Shown one piece after another: positions 48,017-55,839 of a stretch of 64,000 nt of DNA. Within the stretch, counting starts at the first letter, position 1; every line of letters starts with the position of its first letter. The DNA comes from a virus. The notes beneath the pieces were generated by a model. That model made no database searches. It was not told the DNA's origin and was given only the letters and a program-made list of their open reading frames with translations. The stretch spans positions 37,154-101,153 of IMG/VR virus record IMGVR_UViG_3300049005_000030, one strand, 5' to 3'. The translations under genes were made by a program, and so were the position numbers.

Positions 48017-48389
48017 ACCTCTTGTGCGGTTGGCGAGGACACAGCACGAACGTCTGTAGGACGCCCGCCCGGGAACACAGGCCAGGCCCGGACCGCACAC
48101 CTCCGCCGCCCAGTCGACCATCCTGGGCGGCGGGGACCACCGCTCGGCAAGCCGCGCGTCCCACACCGCAAGGGTGGGCTCAGCCGGCAGGCCGACAGAT
48201 CTGTTCAAGTCAGGCCGGTGGACGAGGGGACGCAGTGGGTTCGCACTGACGTGGGCAACCCGGCCAGAAGGTCGGGCCGGTCCACCGACGCGGACAACAC
48301 GGCCCCAAGACCGGCGGTGGGTCACGCTGCCGCCGGTCGCGACGCAGGGGTTCAGTTGGACCCGGTCGGCCCTGACCGCCTAGACCGGG

Positions 48390-48484
48390 GGTGCTGTAGC
48401 TCAGATGGGTCAGAGCACGGACGATGCCCGGAGCAACGGAGCGGGCGGGATCCGAGGTCGCCGGTTCGAATCCGGCCAGCACCA
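48390..48484 (+). tRNA. tRNA-like RNA with anticodon loop replaced by an extra hairpin
   Basis: Acceptor GGTGCTG/CAGCACC, TA-GCTC D arm, AGGTC variable loop, GCCGG-TTCGAAT-CCGGC T arm; 20 extra nt in anticodon arm. Confidence 0.8.
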
Positions 48485-48594
48485 CGGCAACCGACGTCCA
48501 GACCGTGACGCTTCACGGAGCTGGGGAGCGATCGGATGCAAGCCGCAGGGAAGCCAGTCAGGCAGGGCGTTGCCACTGGCCGAACGAGCGGCAC

Positions 48595-48664
48595 GGCTTG
48601 AAGGTGGGATGGGGCCACCGTCCCCTTAACCGGGGAAGACGTCGGTTCGAATCCGGCCAAGCCA
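48595..48664 (+). tRNA. Atypical tRNA-like RNA (6 bp acceptor stem, 6 nt anticodon loop)
   Basis: GGCTTG/CAAGCC, D stem GGTG/CACC, TCCCC-TTAACC-GGGGA, GTCGG-TTCGAAT-CCGGC. Confidence 0.7.
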
Positions 48665-49080
48665 CTGGACCACGACGGCGCCGCACGGGTTGACGACCCA
48701 GTGGCGTATACGTTCCAAGGTTCGGCGTCCGTCGTCGCCGAGCAAGTGCTTAAGCCGGCCCGTATCCCAGGCGGTCGGTGGACGCGCGAGGCGTCTGGCT
48801 GAGCAGTCCCCCCACCTGGGACGGGGGGCAGACTCTGCGGTCGAACCGGGCCAGGCGCACGACGCCGCTGGACTCGACCCCGAGCACCACAGGGCGAGAG
48901 AGGCTGTCACCGGCACGGGCAAAGGTCCAGCTGCCCCCGCGCCACCACCGACCTGGGAGGAACACTCGACATGGACACGATTGCGGCACCCCCGGCGTCG
49001 GCCGGCCAGCTGTGCCCCGGTGGGTGCGGCCACACGCTGCCGTCATGCGGGTGTCCCCCGGCGAAGTAGCGGACCAGGAC

Positions 49081-49113
49081 AAGGCCGGCGCCCTACTCGG
49101 GTCGCCGGCCTTT
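49081..49113 (+). terminator. Terminator of ncRNA unit
   Basis: AAGGCCGGCG...CGCCGGCCTT followed by TCT. Confidence 0.65.
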
Positions 49114-49164
49114 CTGCTGCGTGTCGAACCGGACCGGCCGCCCGGCCCGTCGCATACTGGCCGC

Positions 49165-50076
49165 GTGCTGGGACTTGACTACTCCGGCGGCCGGCCACCG
49201 GCGCAGGCCATCCGCTCGGCCGGATACGGCTTCGCTATGCGCTACCTCGACAACGGCCTGGGTGGCAGTCGAGCCAACCTGACCGGGCCGGAGTGCTCGA
49301 CTCTGCGCGCGGCCGGCATCGACGTGGCCTTGGTGTGGGAGCGCAAGCTGCTGGTCGGCCCGGACCGGGCGACTCAGGGCGCGCCCGCTGGCACTGCCGA
49401 CGCGCGGGCGGCGCAGGCGCAGGCCGTCGATGTCGGCTTGCCGGACAACCCGATCTATTTCTGTGTGGACTTCGACATCCCCGACTATGCGCCCGGCAAC
49501 GCCGATCCCCGGGCCAAGCTGGGGCCGGTCGGGGATTATCTCGCCGCCGCCCGGGACGTTGTCGGTCAGGCTCGCATGGGCGTTTACGGCGGTTACTGGG
49601 CGGTGTCGCGGGCCCTGGACGCAGGACTGGCCGAGTGGGCATGGCAGACGTTGGCCTGGTCGGGCGGCAAGGTCGACTCGCGGATCAACCTGCTCCAGCG
49701 GTTGGGCATCGTCACCGTGGGCGGCATTGATTGCGACGTCAACGAGGCTCGAACGGCCGAGTTCGGGCAGCACCCCGTGGAGGGAATCATGACCAAGGAC
49801 GAGATCGAGGCCATTCTCAAGTACCCGATCCCGCGCGAGAACGTCCCGGAACTGCCGGGGGCGACGTCGCTGTGGGCGGTGGCGGCTTGGTTCGACTCCG
49901 CCGTGAGCAGTGTCCGGGGCACCACCACGTCGGCGGTGGATGCGTTGCGCGCGGAGATGGAGGCGAAGCTGGCCGCGCTGGCGGTGCCGGAGATCGACTA
50001 CGACCGGCTGGGCGCGTCGATCGCGAAGAATCTTCACGCCACGATCGAGGTCGAGGGCGCGCAGCCGGCGCAGTAG
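49165..50076 (+). CDS. Endolysin, DUF1906/Rv2525c-like glycoside hydrolase
   Basis: GLDYS...F..RYL, VWE, PIYF.VDFD, GVYGG, WQTLAWSGG, CDVN. Confidence 0.85.
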   Translation: MLGLDYSGGRPPAQAIRSAGYGFAMRYLDNGLGGSRANLTGPECSTLRAAGIDVALVWERKLLVGPDRATQGAPAGTADARAAQAQAVDVGLPDNPIYFCVDFDIPDYAPGNADPRAKLGPVGDYLAAARDVVGQARMGVYGGYWAVSRALDAGLAEWAWQTLAWSGGKVDSRINLLQRLGIVTVGGIDCDVNEARTAEFGQHPVEGIMTKDEIEAILKYPIPRENVPELPGATSLWAVAAWFDSAVSSVRGTTTSAVDALRAEMEAKLAALAVPEIDYDRLGASIAKNLHATIEVEGAQPAQ

Positions 50077-50086
50077 GGTGACCGGC

Positions 50087-50281
50087 ATGGCTGATGATCC
50101 ACTGGTGGCCGCCGCCGCGACGGCGACGGCGCTGGGCCTGGGCAAGCTGGCCGACCTGTTCGACCAGATCAGGAACGCGCCGTTTTTCACGCCGGTGATG
50201 TCGCTGGTGGATCCGGCCATCCAGGCCGGGGAGCAGATGGCCACGGCGGTGCGGGACGGGACCATCATCCATCCGGAGTGA
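50087..50281 (+). CDS. Small hypothetical protein
   Basis: ATG after lysin stop. Confidence 0.4.
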   Translation: MADDPLVAAAATATALGLGKLADLFDQIRNAPFFTPVMSLVDPAIQAGEQMATAVRDGTIIHPE

Positions 50282-50311
50282 TTGCGTAGCCGTCGTGACA
50301 CCGGCTATGAT
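50282..50311 (+). promoter_or_regulatory. Palindrome promoter copy 14
   Basis: TTGCGT-18-TATGAT, leaderless ATG. Confidence 0.8.
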
Positions 50312-50317
50312 CAGGGC

Positions 50318-50524
50318 ATGACCAAGACCCTGATCATTGCCGCCGGACTCGGCCTGTTCCTCATGCGCGGCCCCGACTCCTGCACCGGCGACGCCCAGAT
50401 GCCGGCGCCCGCCCCCGCGCCCACCACAACCAGCAAGCCCAACTGCCTGCACGTCATCGGCCCCGACACTGGCGGCTTCGGCCAGCGCGTCGCCGATGCC
50501 GTCAACGCCCAGAACGGGTGCTGA
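50318..50524 (+). CDS. Small secreted/lipoprotein (leaderless)
   Basis: MTKTLIIAAGLGLFL...C; ATG 6 nt after TATGAT. Confidence 0.55.
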   Translation: MTKTLIIAAGLGLFLMRGPDSCTGDAQMPAPAPAPTTTSKPNCLHVIGPDTGGFGQRVADAVNAQNGC

Positions 50525-50853
50525 CTGTGGCCTACGCGTACACCCTGGCCCTGGTGACCGTCGAAGAGCTGAACGACGCCACCCGACTCGGCCTCTGCGA
50601 CATCGTCACCGATGTGATCGAGGGTGAAGGGGTCGAGGTCGCCAACGCCATCACCATCCGTCTGGCGGGCAGGGCGGAGCCGGTGCGCCACGTGATCGTG
50701 GTCGAGACCAACGACCCGAGCCTGGATGCCGGGCAGATGGCCGACGCCGTCCTGGACGCGCTGCACACCGTCGGCAACCACGATGTGACCCACGTCAGCG
50801 CCGCCGGTCAGGTGGGCGCTCGCGCGGTGCTCAGCGAGGTGATAGACGGGTGA
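50518..50853 (+). CDS. Hypothetical protein
   Basis: Follows previous gene; start uncertain. Confidence 0.45.
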   Translation: MLTVAYAYTLALVTVEELNDATRLGLCDIVTDVIEGEGVEVANAITIRLAGRAEPVRHVIVVETNDPSLDAGQMADAVLDALHTVGNHDVTHVSAAGQVGARAVLSEVIDG

Positions 50854-51003
50854 AACGCGTTCGCGCCCGCCGCAGCGGCACTCAGTTCGACCACGTGATG
50901 CACTCTCAGTTCCCCACGGCCCGGGTTGTCATCGATCGCGTCGTGGCCGCCCTGCGCGCCCGGGACATTCCACTGCCCGTCAGCTTCACCTGAAAGGACC
51001 GTT

Positions 51004-51255
51004 ATGACCTGGAATCCCGGCACCTGCTCGAACTGCCGCCGACTTGGGCGCGCCTGCGCCGCACACGCCAGCGTCTCCGAACGCGCCACCAACACCACGT
51101 ACGACGCCGACGGCTCGGACATCGGGCTGTTCATCGACTCGTCCGGCAACCCCGCCGTGGGCAGCTCGACCGGCATCGGCGTCGACGTCGTCAACGGTGC
51201 ACCGGGTGCGGGGTGCACGGACTACGTGGAAGCTATTGACGCGCCGGTGATTTGA
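51004..51255 (+). CDS. Small Cys-containing protein
   Basis: RBS GAAAGGA; CSNC...C..H. Confidence 0.45.
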   Translation: MTWNPGTCSNCRRLGRACAAHASVSERATNTTYDADGSDIGLFIDSSGNPAVGSSTGIGVDVVNGAPGAGCTDYVEAIDAPVI

Positions 51256-51265
51256 CGGCTAGTCT
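51236..51265 (+). promoter_or_regulatory. Palindrome promoter copy 15
   Basis: TTGACG-18-TAGTCT, leaderless ATG. Confidence 0.8.
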
Positions 51266-51271
51266 ATTGCC

Positions 51272-51526
51272 ATGACGCCGATCCTGAACGCCGAGGTCGA
51301 GACCCGCAACGCCTTCTCCTCCCTGTCCGACGCTCAGTACGCCCGCGAGGCGCTGGCCGCTCTGGACCTGGACGGCGCCCAGCCGTTCACCGAGGGCCAC
51401 GTGCAGCGTGCCGCGTTGGAATTGCGCGACCAGTACGCGGGCCGGTCCTGGGCGATCAACTACGTCTGGACGGACTGGATGGACACGGTGTACGAGGTGG
51501 CCGCCTTCTATCTGTCCGCCCTCTGA
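51272..51526 (+). CDS. Hypothetical protein (leaderless), paralog of next gene C-terminus
   Basis: LDGAQPF shared with next gene. Confidence 0.6.
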   Translation: MTPILNAEVETRNAFSSLSDAQYAREALAALDLDGAQPFTEGHVQRAALELRDQYAGRSWAINYVWTDWMDTVYEVAAFYLSAL

Positions 51527-51535
51527 AACTGGGTA

Positions 51536-51565
51536 TTGACTAGCCGGTGAGACTCCGGCTAGTCT
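51536..51565 (+). promoter_or_regulatory. Palindrome promoter copy 16
   Basis: TTGACT-18-TAGTCT, leaderless ATG. Confidence 0.85.
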
Positions 51566-51571
51566 ACCTAC

Positions 51572-52048
51572 ATGACCACGACCCAGCGCCCCCGCTTCCG
51601 CTACATCGGCGTCACCGACGAGTGCATCGAGTGCGAGAAGTGCGGCAAGGCCGACCTCAAGTCCACTGTGGTGCTGGCCTTCCTGGACGCTGACGGCAAC
51701 ACCGAGGACGTCACCTACTACGGCAGCACCTGCGCCGCCCGCGCCCTGGCCGAGATCGACGGCAAGCGCCGCACCGGCAAGGCCGTCCTCCAGTCCGCCC
51801 GGTGGGCCGCCGAGGAGCTCGGCCGCGAGGCCGTCGACTGCCGCGAGGTGCTCGCCCGCTACGGCCTGGACGGCGCCCAGCCGTTCGTGTGGAAGACCTT
51901 CCGCGACGCAGCCAAGATGTTCCGCCGCAACAACTGCGGCGGCCGCTTCGCCGAGACCGCCACGTGGCAGGACTGGCAGGACGAGACCTACGCGATGGTG
52001 GACCGCCGCACCGCCATCATCCGCGAGGCCGAGCGCTTTGGCCTGTAG
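51572..52048 (+). CDS. Zn-ribbon protein (leaderless)
   Basis: CEKCGK.DLK.TV...YYGSTCA. Confidence 0.65.
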   Translation: MTTTQRPRFRYIGVTDECIECEKCGKADLKSTVVLAFLDADGNTEDVTYYGSTCAARALAEIDGKRRTGKAVLQSARWAAEELGREAVDCREVLARYGLDGAQPFVWKTFRDAAKMFRRNNCGGRFAETATWQDWQDETYAMVDRRTAIIREAERFGL

Positions 52049-52060
52049 ACCACCGCCACG

Positions 52061-52089
52061 AACGCCCCGGACAGCGCGCCGGGGCGTTT
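52061..52089 (+). terminator. Terminator-like hairpin
   Basis: AACGCCCCGG-N8-CCGGGGCGTTT. Confidence 0.6.
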
Positions 52090-52118
52090 CCGCGCGCCGG
52101 CTGTCCTACCCTGGCGAT

Positions 52119-52778
52119 ATGGCGGACCGGGAGGAGTTCGATGCGTGGCCGCGAGGGCTCGGCGAGGTCGCCGGCCACGCGGACCCCGCAGACCCGATGC
52201 TGCCCATGGCGCCGCCGCGCGACGACACCGAAGCGCGCATCGCTTCCACGCTGGCGCGCCAGCTGCCCTACTACGGCAGTCCCGACCTCAAGCCCATCCA
52301 ATTCGCCGAGGCGTACGCCCGGCTGTGCGCCGTGGCCGTGGCCCGCGCCGAGTTCTACGGCCAGCTGCTCGCGCGCCACTATGAGGACAGCGACCTGCGG
52401 GACTTCCACGGTGAACCGACGGCCGACACCGGCGCCACCGGCCTGATCGGCTTCAAGTACGACCTGGCCAAGGACGGCACCCCCGTCCCGATCGGCGAGG
52501 AGATCCGCGCCCTGGTCAGGCTGGAAGCCGAGGAACGCGACCGCGCCGCCAAGCTGATCCGCGACGGTGTGCGGCTCGGGATCGAGGCCAAGCAGGTCGA
52601 CGTGATGCGCTCCTACGGCCACACCGTCGTCGCCGCGCTGAAGGCCCTGTGCGTGCAGCTGGGCATCCCGTGGGAGGACGAGGCGCGGCTGGCCGCGCAG
52701 CGCGCCATCCTCGCCGCCCGCACCGGCCTGGGCTACGCCATCACCGCGCCACGGACTGATGATGCCGGCGCCGTCTGA
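52119..52778 (+). CDS. Probable terminase small subunit
   Basis: Helical protein overlapping large terminase start. Confidence 0.55.
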   Translation: MADREEFDAWPRGLGEVAGHADPADPMLPMAPPRDDTEARIASTLARQLPYYGSPDLKPIQFAEAYARLCAVAVARAEFYGQLLARHYEDSDLRDFHGEPTADTGATGLIGFKYDLAKDGTPVPIGEEIRALVRLEAEERDRAAKLIRDGVRLGIEAKQVDVMRSYGHTVVAALKALCVQLGIPWEDEARLAAQRAILAARTGLGYAITAPRTDDAGAV

Positions 52779-54258
52779 CGACGACCTGGCCGAGCTGTGG
52801 GCCAGCGCCACAATGCTCGCCGAGCAGCGGGTGGCCGAGCTGCCCGACTGGGCCGACCTGTCGCAACTGGACAGCGATGACGAGATCTGGGCTGGTATCC
52901 AGCGCACCGCGATCCGCGAGCTGGAACCGCCGCTGCCGCGCCCGTGGCGGGCCACCGCCCGCGCCAAGCAGCTGCCGCCGGCCGGCCGCTGGCGGCACTG
53001 GATCCTGAGCTGCGGCCGAGGGTTCGGCAAGACGCACGTGGGCTCGAACGTGCTGGCCGAGCTGGCCGTGTCCGAGCCGGGCGACTACGCGGTGGTGGCG
53101 CCGACACTGGGCGACGCCAAGAAGATCTGCGTGGAAGGCCCGTCCGGCCTGCTCAAGGCCCTGGGCGACGATCTGAAGGATTACAACAAGTCCGACTACA
53201 TCCTGTACCTGCACAACGGCAGCCGGATCGTACTGGGCTCGGCCGACGCGCCCGACCGGATCCGTGGCTGGAACCTGCGGGCGGTGTGGTGCGACGAAGT
53301 GGGTTCGTGGCGGGACCCGAAGGTGTGGAACGAGGGCATCAAGTTCGCCACCCGTATCGGCGACCCGCGCATCATCATCACCACCACCCCGACCCGGGGC
53401 AACAAGATCCTGGTCAAGCTGTTCGACGACTACCTGGGCAAGGGCGGCGACATCCTCGGCGGGTTCGCCGGCAACACCGTGCTCACCCGGGGCGGCACCT
53501 ACGAGAACCGCGCCAACCTGTCCGAGGACTGGCTGCGCGAGATCGAAGAGGAATTCGCCGGCACCGCGCTGGGCCGCCAGGAGTTGGAGGGCGAACTGCT
53601 GCGCATCGTGCCCGGCGCCCTGGTGTCGATGGACACGATCAGCCTGACCCGCGTCACGGTCGAGCAGTGCCCCGACTTCTGGAACGTCGTCACCGCCCTG
53701 GACCCGTCGGTCACCAACACCGAGGACTCCGACGAGTGCGGCATCATCTCCGCCGGGGTCGGGCCGGCGCCGCTGGACTGGATACCCCCGAAGGGTGTTC
53801 CGCCGTCGCTGGCCAGCGCGCCGCACATCTACATCGTGGAGGACTCTTCGCTGCGCGCCGGGCCGGAGTCGTGGGCGCGGCAGGGCCTCAACACGGCGGC
53901 CGAGTGGATGGCCGACTGCATGGTGGCCGAGGTCAACAACGGCGGCGACCTGGTGTTCACCAACGTGTTGCAGGTCGCCCGCAGCGAAGGCCACACGGTG
54001 CCGAACCTGCGCCCGGTGCACGCCTCGGTCGGCAAGCGCACCCGGGCCCAGCCGATGGGCGGCATGTGGAACCAGCACCGCGTGCACCTGGTCGGGGCCG
54101 GATTCAAGACCCTGGCGGACCAGTGGTGCACGTTCGTCGACGGCACCGGGCAGAAGTCGCCCGACCGCTTCGACGCCTCGGTGTGGGCCGGCACCGGCCT
54201 GGTGCCCAGCTTGGGCGTCAAGTCCGGCACCGAGGTCCGGGTGCTCGGCGCGGCCTAG
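52759..54258 (+). CDS. terL: Terminase large subunit
   Basis: GRGFGKT Walker A, VWCDE Walker B, TTTP, RQELEG, ALDP, AEVNNGG, SPDRFDA. Confidence 0.93.
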   Translation: MMPAPSDDDLAELWASATMLAEQRVAELPDWADLSQLDSDDEIWAGIQRTAIRELEPPLPRPWRATARAKQLPPAGRWRHWILSCGRGFGKTHVGSNVLAELAVSEPGDYAVVAPTLGDAKKICVEGPSGLLKALGDDLKDYNKSDYILYLHNGSRIVLGSADAPDRIRGWNLRAVWCDEVGSWRDPKVWNEGIKFATRIGDPRIIITTTPTRGNKILVKLFDDYLGKGGDILGGFAGNTVLTRGGTYENRANLSEDWLREIEEEFAGTALGRQELEGELLRIVPGALVSMDTISLTRVTVEQCPDFWNVVTALDPSVTNTEDSDECGIISAGVGPAPLDWIPPKGVPPSLASAPHIYIVEDSSLRAGPESWARQGLNTAAEWMADCMVAEVNNGGDLVFTNVLQVARSEGHTVPNLRPVHASVGKRTRAQPMGGMWNQHRVHLVGAGFKTLADQWCTFVDGTGQKSPDRFDASVWAGTGLVPSLGVKSGTEVRVLGAA

Positions 54259-54452
54259 GCCAGCGCGGCGACGCCGAGCCATACGCCCGTAGTGACGCAG
54301 AACAGCACGCCCATGCCGGAGATGACGAGGCCGGTAACGCGTTGCGCCGTGCTGCTGTAGCCGCCGCCGTTGCGCAGTGTGTCGGCGAAGTCGAGGGCGG
54401 CGCCCACGCCGGCAAGCGCGCACATGACTGCCGCGATGATGGTGGTGATCAT
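54255..54452 (-). CDS. Small two-TM membrane protein
   Basis: Hydrophobic; coupled chain. Confidence 0.5.
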   Translation of the reverse strand: MITTIIAAVMCALAGVGAALDFADTLRNGGGYSSTAQRVTGLVISGMGVLFCVTTGVWLGVAALA

Positions 54453-54721
54453 TTCTTGGACTCCGATGCGAGTGCTTGGGCGGGCGCGGCGTCTGTGGGC
54501 AGTGTTGGCAGCCCGCAGGCTTCCACGCGGGTGATGTGGGGGAAGTACTCACCGACTGCGTTGGCGGCGGCCTCGGGGTTGGCTGCGCCGACGGCCAGCG
54601 TGTGGTGCTGGCCGGTGACATCGGTGCAGGACAAGCCGGACACGGGACAGGTGCCGGCGACCTTCTTGGCCGGGTTGTGCGCCGGGTCTCGGGGCAGCTT
54701 GACGGTCACCAGATAGATCAT
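54449..54721 (-). CDS. Hypothetical protein
   Basis: CP....CTD..G.HH motif; coupled. Confidence 0.5.
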   Translation of the reverse strand: MIYLVTVKLPRDPAHNPAKKVAGTCPVSGLSCTDVTGQHHTLAVGAANPEAAANAVGEYFPHITRVEACGLPTLPTDAAPAQALASESKK

Positions 54722-55095
54722 TTCTTCGGCTCCGGTTGGCGGTGTTTGCGCGGGGTGACCTTGATGGTGGTGACGTTGGGGTCGCGGCCGATGGTCAGGC
54801 CGGGGATCGTCGGTAGCTCGGAGGTGCGCATGGTGTCGGTCGGGGTGGTCTCGGCGACCAGCTCGGCGGCGCGTTTGGCCAGTACGGCGGGGGTGCGCCG
54901 GTAGACCACGTGGGCGACGACGGCTAGCGCGGACAGCGTCAGGCAGAACACGCCCAGGTTGGTGATGGCGCCTTCGGTGGCGTTCCAGCCGCCGATGATG
55001 ACCAGGGTGAGGCCGGACAGTTGGAAGGCCACCGCGACCGCGCCGGTGACGCGGATCACGGTGGCTAGGGTGGGCTTGCGGTGTCGGGCGCTCAC
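54718..55095 (-). CDS. Membrane protein
   Basis: Two TM segments; GTGA-coupled. Confidence 0.5.
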   Translation of the reverse strand: MSARHRKPTLATVIRVTGAVAVAFQLSGLTLVIIGGWNATEGAITNLGVFCLTLSALAVVAHVVYRRTPAVLAKRAAELVAETTPTDTMRTSELPTIPGLTIGRDPNVTTIKVTPRKHRQPEPKK

Positions 55096-55313
55096 CCGAG
55101 ACCGACCAGCGAGCCCAGCCAGGCGACGCTGCCGGCGAAGCTGCCCAGGATGGCCGCGTTCGCCTCGAACAGATGGCTGTAGAGGTAGGTGGCCATGCCG
55201 ATGACGAATTCGGGGGCGATCAGCAGGGCGAGGCCGGCGAGCACGGCGGCGAAGATCAGGCCGGGTAGCACGGTGTTCTCGGCGGTGCGGGTGGCGGTGG
55301 TGTTGTTGTCCAT
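55092..55313 (-). CDS. Membrane protein (leaderless)
   Basis: ATG 6 nt after TACACT. Confidence 0.5.
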   Translation of the reverse strand: MDNNTTATRTAENTVLPGLIFAAVLAGLALLIAPEFVIGMATYLYSHLFEANAAILGSFAGSVAWLGSLVGLG

Positions 55314-55319
55314 GGGGAT

Positions 55320-55349
55320 AGTGTAGCCGCTGCAACGCCGGTTGCACAA
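55320..55349 (-). promoter_or_regulatory. Palindrome promoter copy 17
   Basis: TTGTGC-18-TACACT, leaderless ATG. Confidence 0.7.
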
Positions 55350-55355
55350 CCCCCG

Positions 55356-55766
55356 TCACGCGGCGACCCGCCCGGCCGTCCGCTCACGATCGCGGTACAG
55401 CTTCTGTCGCTCCCGACTGCACACCCGGCAGTCCAGCCGGCCACGCCCGTCGATCCGCGTGTTCTCCGCGCTGATCTCGTGACCGGCGCCGCAGGTCCGC
55501 ACCTGCGGCGCCGGCTCCGCCACCAGCTCGGCCGACGCGCGACCGGCCACGCGTACGGCGCGCCGGTCCTGCTCGGACAGGCCACCCCACACGCCGGACG
55601 GCTCCCCCCGCTCGACCGCCCACGCCTGGCACTGGACGATCACCGGGCAGCCGGCGCACACCAGCTTCGCGCGCACCGCCTGCACGAGCGCGGGGCCCAT
55701 GATGCCGACCGGCTGGAACAGCTCCGGATCCACGTCCCGGCACGCGCTCCTATGACGCCAGTCCAT
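55356..55766 (-). CDS. whiB: WhiB-family transcription factor with extra C-terminal Cys/His domain
   Basis: MDWRHRSACRDVDPELF...C..CPV..QC...GVWGG.SE.DR. Confidence 0.9.
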   Translation of the reverse strand: MDWRHRSACRDVDPELFQPVGIMGPALVQAVRAKLVCAGCPVIVQCQAWAVERGEPSGVWGGLSEQDRRAVRVAGRASAELVAEPAPQVRTCGAGHEISAENTRIDGRGRLDCRVCSRERQKLYRDRERTAGRVAA

Positions 55767-55839
55767 CGTGATCAACTCCTCTCCAGAGACAGCGCGGCCC
55801 CGGGTTCCTCGCACCCGGGGCCGCGACAGTGGGTTCGGG

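Larger units (their letters stand above)
48024..49113 (+). ncRNA. Structured non-coding RNA unit
   Basis: Own promoter 47988-48016, terminator 49081-49113, continuous hairpins, no credible CDS. Confidence 0.7.

Noticed and set aside
48024-49113. tmRNA, RNase P RNA or HDV-like/theta ribozyme
   Set aside because: I could not find a tag ORF with tmRNA ends, the RNase P GAGGAAAGTCC core, or a convincing nested double pseudoknot; a covariance search is still needed
48022-49164. Short ORFs over the ncRNA unit and the 5' extension of the lysin ORF from 48778
   Set aside because: Arg/Pro/Gly-rich shadow translations, no RBS, and they cross tRNA-like structures and a terminator
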